In this document: positions 1-7,400 of the stretch, one piece after another
Position numbering within the stretch: position 1 is the first letter of the stretch
Layout: each line of letters starts with the position of its first letter
Virus record (IMG/VR): IMGVR_UViG_3300042565_002302
Coordinates: 1-54,856 of that record
Source: a virus
Lineage: Duplodnaviria > Caudoviricetes
Strand: one strand, 5' to 3'
Length of the DNA: 54,856 bases
Made by a program: the position numbers and the translations under genes
Notes under the pieces: model-generated
The model's database searches: none
The model's input: the letters and a program-made list of their open reading frames with translations, nothing else
Told to the model about the DNA's origin: nothing

Positions 1-887
1 TTTTCACCATTCTTATATGAACCCTTAAACATTAATTGTCCATTATCATAATATTTTTCCCATATACCATCTTTTTCACCATTCTTATATGAACCCTTAT
101 ACCATAATTGTCCATTACTCCAATATTCTTCCCAATAACCATCTCTTAAATTATTCTTATATGAACCCTTAAACCATAATTGTCCATTATAGTGATATTC
201 TTCCCATATACCTTGTTTTTTTCCGGTATTAATATCATACTGATTAATCCTCAACCCATCTACAATGGGTTGATCCTTATTCCATTGAGCCCATCTAGAA
301 TCTTCTCCACTTAATTTACGTGGAATAAAGAGTTTTTTCTTATCTTCATTAATATTTTCAGTTAATTTTTTAATTAATTTTCCATTCTTATATGAACCCT
401 TATAATCTAATTGTCCATTACCAAAATACCTCTCCCATATACCATCTTTTTCACCATTCTTATATGAACCCTTAAACCATAATTGTCCATTACTCCAATA
501 TTCTTCCCAATAACCATCTCTTAAATTATTCTTAAATGAACCCTTATAATCTAATTGTCCATTACTCCAATATTCTTCCCATATACCATCTTTTTCACCA
601 TTCTTATATGAACCCTTAGACCATAATTTTCCATTATCGTGATAATACTCCCAATAACCTTCTTCTTTACCATTCTTATATGAACCCTTAGACCATAATT
701 TTCCATTAAAATGATAAGCCTCCCATATACCTTCTTTATTACCGGTATTAATATTATATTGATTAATTCTTAATCCATCTACGATGGGTTGTTCTTTATT
801 CCAATCAAACCATCTGGAATCTTCTCCACTTAATTTACGTGGAATAAAGAGTTTTTTCTTTTGTTCTTCTGTTATTATAATTTTCAT
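1..887 (-). CDS. MORN-like (YwqK-type) repeat polyprotein, paralog of 4452..9458; 3' end runs off the window (missing from ORF track)
   Basis: ATG at 887; reads MKIIITEEQKKKLFIPRKLSGEDSRW..., 5 repeats of G[IY]WExYxxNG[QK]LxxKGS[YF]KN, then KLTENINEDKKKLFIPR and 3 more repeats with no stop before position 1. Confidence 0.9.
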   Translation of the reverse strand, partial: MKIIITEEQKKKLFIPRKLSGEDSRWFDWNKEQPIVDGLRINQYNINTGNKEGIWEAYHFNGKLWSKGSYKNGKEEGYWEYYHDNGKLWSKGSYKNGEKDGIWEEYWSNGQLDYKGSFKNNLRDGYWEEYWSNGQLWFKGSYKNGEKDGIWERYFGNGQLDYKGSYKNGKLIKKLTENINEDKKKLFIPRKLSGEDSRWAQWNKDQPIVDGLRINQYDINTGKKQGIWEEYHYNGQLWFKGSYKNNLRDGYWEEYWSNGQLWYKGSYKNGEKDGIWEKYYDNGQLMFKGSYKNGE

Positions 888-888
888 T

Positions 889-1287
889 TTAATATTTAAA
901 TATTTTAGTAAATATTTCAGGTGCCAAATCTAAATCTAAGATCCTAACCCTAATTTTCATACCATTTTTAATAGCTTTAACCACACGATGTTGTCCATCT
1001 AATATACGTATAAACTCACCACCACTCTTTATTAATATAATAGGGTATTTCAAATCCGCATTATCAATTCTTTTTGGATCTCTTTCAACATCTATTAATA
1101 AATGTTTAATCTTATTAGGGTCTATTTCAAACCCATTATCTAATTGTTCAATCACATCATCAAATGTGATTTTAACTATCTTACCACCTATTTCATCTCC
1201 CCAAGATGAATTAACACCACTCCCTTCAGGTTGTTTGAAACTTTCACTTAATAAATCAAATTGTTTTTTTGTTATTATAATTTTCAT
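889..1287 (-). CDS. ParB/Srx-like domain protein with MKIIIT leader
   Basis: YPIIL...ILDGQHRVVKA ParB-N motif. Confidence 0.7.
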   Translation of the reverse strand: MKIIITKKQFDLLSESFKQPEGSGVNSSWGDEIGGKIVKITFDDVIEQLDNGFEIDPNKIKHLLIDVERDPKRIDNADLKYPIILIKSGGEFIRILDGQHRVVKAIKNGMKIRVRILDLDLAPEIFTKIFKY

Positions 1288-1288
1288 C

Positions 1289-1549
1289 TTAATATTTTGT
1301 TATTTTTAACACCAATTTCCCATTTCCTTTTATGGCTCTATGCCATTGATGTCTTGGTATTTCAATCTTACCTTCCATTTTAATTGGTAATTCATTATCC
1401 CTTTGAAACATCCAATCTGTTTCACCAATTACCTCAACAATCCTATCTTCATTATCCCGATGCCATATAAGTTCCCCAGAATCTAACTCAGAATCAAACT
1501 CTCTTATAACAACATTTGTTTCAATTTCTTTATCTAAATATGGTTTCAT
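1289..1549 (-). CDS. small cupin-like protein
   Basis: LIWHRDNEDR...IPRHQWHRAIKG His/Asp pattern of cupin barrels. Confidence 0.55.
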   Translation of the reverse strand: MKPYLDKEIETNVVIREFDSELDSGELIWHRDNEDRIVEVIGETDWMFQRDNELPIKMEGKIEIPRHQWHRAIKGNGKLVLKITKY

Positions 1550-1573
1550 AATATATTGATTTATAAGTAGTTA

Positions 1574-2593
1574 TTACCAATAACCACTTGTACTACCTTT
1601 AACAAGTCCTGATCTATTGAGGCGGCAAGCCCAATATCCAGCCGTCATTCTATCTTTCTTCTTAGCGCAATTGTGTCTTGCGGCAAAACTCTTTCTTGCT
1701 TTAGAATTACCCACTCGTGCTTTTAAACCACCTTTTTTATCACCAAAAGTAATCTTTTTTATATTACCTGTTGATGGGTTTTTAACATATACAACATATT
1801 TCTTACCCGAACCGGTATTTCTTTTAATTTTATTTAATTTAGGGTGTTTCTTTTCTTTCTCCTCAATAATGCTCTCAATTAAACCTTTAGATAAATCAGT
1901 CAAATATTTATTCATTTCATTAGCATAAGTTTTACTTTTAACTGTCCCTGTATAATATTCTGAATTTTCAAAATCAATAAAGTTTTCATAAGCCAAATCA
2001 CCCCAACCTTTTTCTTTAAGATATTTATCAATTTCATCAATATCAATTTCATCTTTTATATTATCATCTTCATATTTACCACCATCGTATTCAATTAAAA
2101 ATACATCTAATGGTACAACTTCACCTCTAAATGTTCCGAATCTTCCTATATCAGTGCTTTCAAATAATTCTTCATCACTACTATCTAATTCAATTGATCC
2201 ACTATCATATAATCTTCTTGTTTCAGATAATAAATCAATATGGGCTTCACTACCTGGTCTATACACACTTTCATTAACAGATATACCATTTATTAAATGA
2301 TATTTTAATCCTTCACTAATTACTTTTTTCATACTTATACTTTCATTTACATCATTATTTCTTAATTCATCCAAATATTTTTCAATACCTTCTCTATCTT
2401 CACGATTAAATACTTTTAATAATTTAACGTTTTTAGTTGATATGGATTTGCGATCCCCACCTTTTTTTATATAAACCAATCTTTCATCCAAGGCGTGTAA
2501 TGGTACGTCTTGATACCTATATTTTTTATTAAAATAAGCCAATGGAATCATTATTTCTATTACAGCTGTTTTATTAGTCATATACATTTTCAT
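1574..2593 (-). CDS. conserved phage multidomain protein with basic C-terminal domain
   Basis: 339-aa ORF; C-terminal KKYVVYVKNP...KKITFGD...RKSFAARHNC...AGYWAC recalled as a conserved phage domain. Confidence 0.6.
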   Translation of the reverse strand: MKMYMTNKTAVIEIMIPLAYFNKKYRYQDVPLHALDERLVYIKKGGDRKSISTKNVKLLKVFNREDREGIEKYLDELRNNDVNESISMKKVISEGLKYHLINGISVNESVYRPGSEAHIDLLSETRRLYDSGSIELDSSDEELFESTDIGRFGTFRGEVVPLDVFLIEYDGGKYEDDNIKDEIDIDEIDKYLKEKGWGDLAYENFIDFENSEYYTGTVKSKTYANEMNKYLTDLSKGLIESIIEEKEKKHPKLNKIKRNTGSGKKYVVYVKNPSTGNIKKITFGDKKGGLKARVGNSKARKSFAARHNCAKKKDRMTAGYWACRLNRSGLVKGSTSGYW

Positions 2594-3962
2594 TATTTAC
2601 ATTCATATTTATTATATAATATTTTTTACCTTTATATGTATAAGTTATTGGTTCTGCTTTAGCGTCAATACAATATGTCGGATAATCTTTTAATAATCTA
2701 TCTAAATCAAAATAACCATCATAGATAAATAACATTCCAGGTAAACCATCAATATTACTATATTTTGGTGGTTGATTACTCGTTCCTTTATATTTATTCT
2801 CATCATAAAACCCAACCGGATCTTCCATAAATTCTTTATTCAAATCATTTAATTCGGATGATTTTTTAATTTCCTCATCGGTAAGATTATCAATATCATA
2901 TTCATAAAAAAATCTAAAACGACTACTATCAATCAACATATCATAAAATAAATCATCCCAAGAAAAATATTTTAAAATATTTTTTTCGCCAACACGTTTA
3001 ATTAAATTATTTGTTTTGGTTTTACTTGAATTTAAAACGTCACTACTATCAATATTCTCTATAATATCATCTATTGTTTCATCATTAACAACAATATATG
3101 CCCCAATAATACTATTAACCCTATTAATTTTTTTACGTAAATAAAATTGTGAGTCTTCAATAGACATAATTTCAGGGAAATAATTTTCACCAAGAGATTT
3201 AGACCAACTACCAAATACTTTAGCCATTAATTTTTTAGGATTATCAATGGTTTTATCTTGTAAATATTTTTTTATACTACTAGCAACTTTTTTTGGGTAT
3301 ATAATATCACCATTATATTCATTATATTCAATTCTATCCGTATCACTAAAACTAACATTTAATCTATTATCTATTGCATCATACCCTTGAACCTTACCAA
3401 AAACATCAACAAATAATGCGGTTTTATAATCATCACCATTACTACTCCTATTTAAGATAAAAAACAAACTACCATTTTCCATATAATTCTCATAAGTGCT
3501 ATCATCTGTCACACACCATTTAGTACCTTTACCATAATAACAAGAAGCTTCTGCTGTTGATGGGTATAATATGACAATACTATCGAATTCATCAACCATA
3601 TCAATATCATTCTTTAATTGTATCTTTCTGTTCGATCTCTGAAAAGCCTTTTCCGTTGCTACGGTAAATGAATCTAAGTCTTTATATGAGTATATATCGG
3701 TAGATAACTCAGCATTCTTAAATCTTTGTGGGTAGGTTTCTAATACAATTAAAGCATTTCCAACCTTACCCCAATATTCGTGATCGAAATTTTTAACATT
3801 CCTTAACCCAAACTCTTCAACAAATCTTTTATATAACCAATGAAGATATTTTTTATTTGGTGAAGGATCATAATCATATAATTCAGATATTAAATCCGAA
3901 ATAAATACATTTTCTTGTAAATTATATTTCTTTAAAAACTTTTCTAAGAATTTTTCTTCCAT
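2574..3962 (-). CDS. PcfJ-like domain protein, paralog of 11392..13179
   Basis: DPSPNKKYLHW and ASCYYGKGTKWCV motifs. Confidence 0.55.
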   Translation of the reverse strand: MEEKFLEKFLKKYNLQENVFISDLISELYDYDPSPNKKYLHWLYKRFVEEFGLRNVKNFDHEYWGKVGNALIVLETYPQRFKNAELSTDIYSYKDLDSFTVATEKAFQRSNRKIQLKNDIDMVDEFDSIVILYPSTAEASCYYGKGTKWCVTDDSTYENYMENGSLFFILNRSSNGDDYKTALFVDVFGKVQGYDAIDNRLNVSFSDTDRIEYNEYNGDIIYPKKVASSIKKYLQDKTIDNPKKLMAKVFGSWSKSLGENYFPEIMSIEDSQFYLRKKINRVNSIIGAYIVVNDETIDDIIENIDSSDVLNSSKTKTNNLIKRVGEKNILKYFSWDDLFYDMLIDSSRFRFFYEYDIDNLTDEEIKKSSELNDLNKEFMEDPVGFYDENKYKGTSNQPPKYSNIDGLPGMLFIYDGYFDLDRLLKDYPTYCIDAKAEPITYTYKGKKYYIINMNVNNENVYD

Positions 3963-4414
3963 TACATATCTTTGATTTCATCAACCAGTTTTTTATTTAA
4001 TCCAACTTTCTTAGATGTTTTTTCATCCAACCAATATACATCAGCATATTTACCACCTTTAGGGTGCTTTAAATAAGGTCCAATTTCAAACTTACCACCT
4101 TCAAGTTTTCTTTTACCCCAATCATTAATAAGGCTTTTAGCTTCATTGTGAATCTCATTCTCCAATTCTTTATTTTCATCATCTTTAGCACCTTGTTTAC
4201 CTTTAAATCTTATAGATAACACCGCACCTGATGGATCACCCAATTCAATACTTACATGTTCTCCGTGTCTTTTTGATAAATCTTTAAAGTCATTATAAAG
4301 ATCTTTAATATGTGATTTTAATTTATCAAATGTCATTTCATTAAATGCCCATCCTTCCATCATTAATTCATTTGCCAACCTATCAATTTGGCTTTCTGTT
4401 AATCTTATTTTCAT
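3962..4414 (-). CDS. hypothetical protein with MKIRLTESQ leader (putative internal virion protein)
   Basis: 150-aa ORF coupled to the next gene; TATTTATA upstream. Confidence 0.6.
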   Translation of the reverse strand: MKIRLTESQIDRLANELMMEGWAFNEMTFDKLKSHIKDLYNDFKDLSKRHGEHVSIELGDPSGAVLSIRFKGKQGAKDDENKELENEIHNEAKSLINDWGKRKLEGGKFEIGPYLKHPKGGKYADVYWLDEKTSKKVGLNKKLVDEIKDM

Positions 4415-4451
4415 ATTTTTTATATTTGTTTTTTTATTTTATATAAATAGT

Positions 4452-7400
4452 TTATTTGTTTTTAAAGTGAGTTAACATTGCATAAACACCAGCGCTTTTT
4501 AAAATTGTCATAAATGCATCCATAAAATCAACATTTCCTAATAAACTATTTATAATATCCGAATAACCTGGCATTAAAGATGTAAACGCCACAATTGATA
4601 ACATCTCATTTTTGAAACCCTTTAATGATTTATTTTGTCTAAAATAAACAACAATCATAGCAATCGCTAAGTTTGTAATTTCAAAAGCATTTAATGGTTG
4701 AACTGCATACTCTTTAATTAAAGAACTAATATTTCTAATAAGTGCATTTATACCAGAACCAAATGAAGTTAAAAATCCTACATCTAATCCAATATTCTTT
4801 TTAAATTTTTTTAATATATCATCTACATTATCACTTATTTTACTCTCATTTAAACCTGTATACTCACTTTGTTTATATAATTCTTCAAATTTATCCCTAA
4901 CTTTTTTACTTCTCAATGGTATGGTTAAATCAAAATACATATGACCTAAAGGAGCATCTTCACCTATATCCCAACTTAAATTACTTAATATTCTATTTTT
5001 TAAATCATTAAAAACGTTTTCTTTTTCAGATAATTTCCCATCTTCCAAGTAATAATCATCGGAAAATACATCCCAATATATATTAAATAAGTTTGTTGTA
5101 TCACCACCATCCATATCACCTTCACCCCATCTGCCAGTCATATCACCAGTAGTTAAATCGTATTGATTTATTTTTTTACCATCAATAGTAGGTTGCATTT
5201 CATTCCACTCCTTTTTTCTTTCGTCAATTCTTTTTGGTGTGAATAATTTATTTTTTGATCGCTCAGATTCAGTTAACGGTATTCTTTTAACTAACTCACC
5301 ATTCTTATATAAACCCTTATACATTAATTGTCCATTATCAAAATACCATTCCCATATACCATCTCTTTCACCATTATTAAATGAACCCTTAAACCATAAT
5401 TTTCCATTATCAAAATATTTTTCCCAATAACCATCTCTTAAACCATTATTAAATGAACCCTTATAATCTAATTGTCCATTAAAATAATACCTCTCCCAAT
5501 AACCTTCTTTCTTACCATTATTAAATGAACCCTTATAATCTAATTGTCCATTATAGTGATATTCTTCCCAATAACCTTCTTTTTCTCCATTCTTATATGA
5601 ACCCTTAGACCGTAATTTTCCATCAGTATAATAATACCTCTCCCATATACCATCTTTTTCACCATTCTTATATGAACCCTTATAATCTAATTGTCCATTA
5701 AAATAATACCTCTCCCAATAACCTTCTTCTTTACCATTCTTATATGAACCCTTAGACCATAATTTTCCATTAAAATGATAAGCCTCCCATATACCTTCTT
5801 CTTTACCATTCTTATATGAACCCTTATACTCTAATTTTCCATTAGAATGATATCCTTCCCAATAACCTTCTTCTTTACCAGTATTAATATCATACTGATT
5901 AATACGTTCTCCATCTACGATGGGTTGATCCTTATTCCAATTAGCCCACCTGGAATCTTCTCCACTTAATTTACGAGGAATAAACAATTTCTTTTTTGGT
6001 TGTTCAGATTCGAAGATTTTATCATAAAATCTTTTAATTAATTCTCCATTCTTATATGAACACTTATACGCTAATTGTCCATTATCATAATAATACCATT
6101 TACATATGCCATCCTTTAAACCATTCTTATATGAACCCTTATACATTAATTGTCCATTACTCCAATATTCTTCCCAATAACCTTCTTTTTCTCCATTCTT
6201 ATATGAACCCTTAGACCATAATTTTCCATTATAGTGATATTCTTCCCAATAACCTTCTTTTTCTCCATTATTAAATGAACCCTTAAACCATAATTTTCCA
6301 TCAGTATAATAATATTCCCAATAACCTTCTTTTTCTCCATTCTTATATGAACCCTTATACTCTAATTTTCCATCCGAATAATATTCTTCCCAATAACCAT
6401 CTTTTTTACCGGTGTTAATATCATATTGATTAATTCTTAATCCATCTACGATGGGTTGTTCTTTATTCCATTGAGCCCATCTAGAATCTTCTCCACTTAA
6501 TTTACGAGGAATAAAGAGTTTTTTCTTTTCAGATTCATCTAATCTTTTAATTAATCCTCCATTCTTATATGAACCCTTATACCTTAATTGTCCATTACTC
6601 CAATATTCTTCCCATATACCATCTTTTTCTCCATTATTAAATGAACCCTTATAATCTAATTGTCCATTAGAATAATACCATTCCCATATACCATCTCTGT
6701 CACCATTCTTATATGAACCCTTATACCTTAATTTTCCATTACTCCAATACTCTTCCCAATAACCTTCTTCTTTACCATTCTTATATGAACCCTTAAAATC
6801 TAATTGTCCATTATAATGATAATATTCCCAATAACCATCTTTTTCACCATTCTTAAATGAACCCTTATAATATAATTGTCCATTATCATAATATTCCTCC
6901 CATATACCTTCTTTTTCTCCATTATTATATGAACCCTTATAATCTAATTGTCCATTATCAAAATACCATTCCCATATACCTTCTTTATTACCGGTATTAA
7001 TATCATATTGATTAATTCTTATACCATCTTTAATTGGTTGATCCTTATTCCAATCAGCCCATCTGGAATCTTCACCAGATATTTTACGAGGAATAAAGAG
7101 TTTTTTCTTTTCAGATTCATCTAATCTTTTAATTAATCCTCCATTCTTATATGAACCCTTATACATTAATTGTCCATTACTCCAATATTCTTCCCAATAA
7201 CCTTCTTTTTCTCCATTATTAAATGAACCCTTATACGCTAATTTTCCATTATAGTGATATTCTTCCCAATAACCATCTCTTAAACCATTCTTATATGAAC
7301 CCTTATAATCTAATTGTCCATTATCATAATATTCTTCCCAATAACCTTCTTTTTCTCCATTCTTATATGAACCCTTAGACCATAATTTTCCATTATCATA

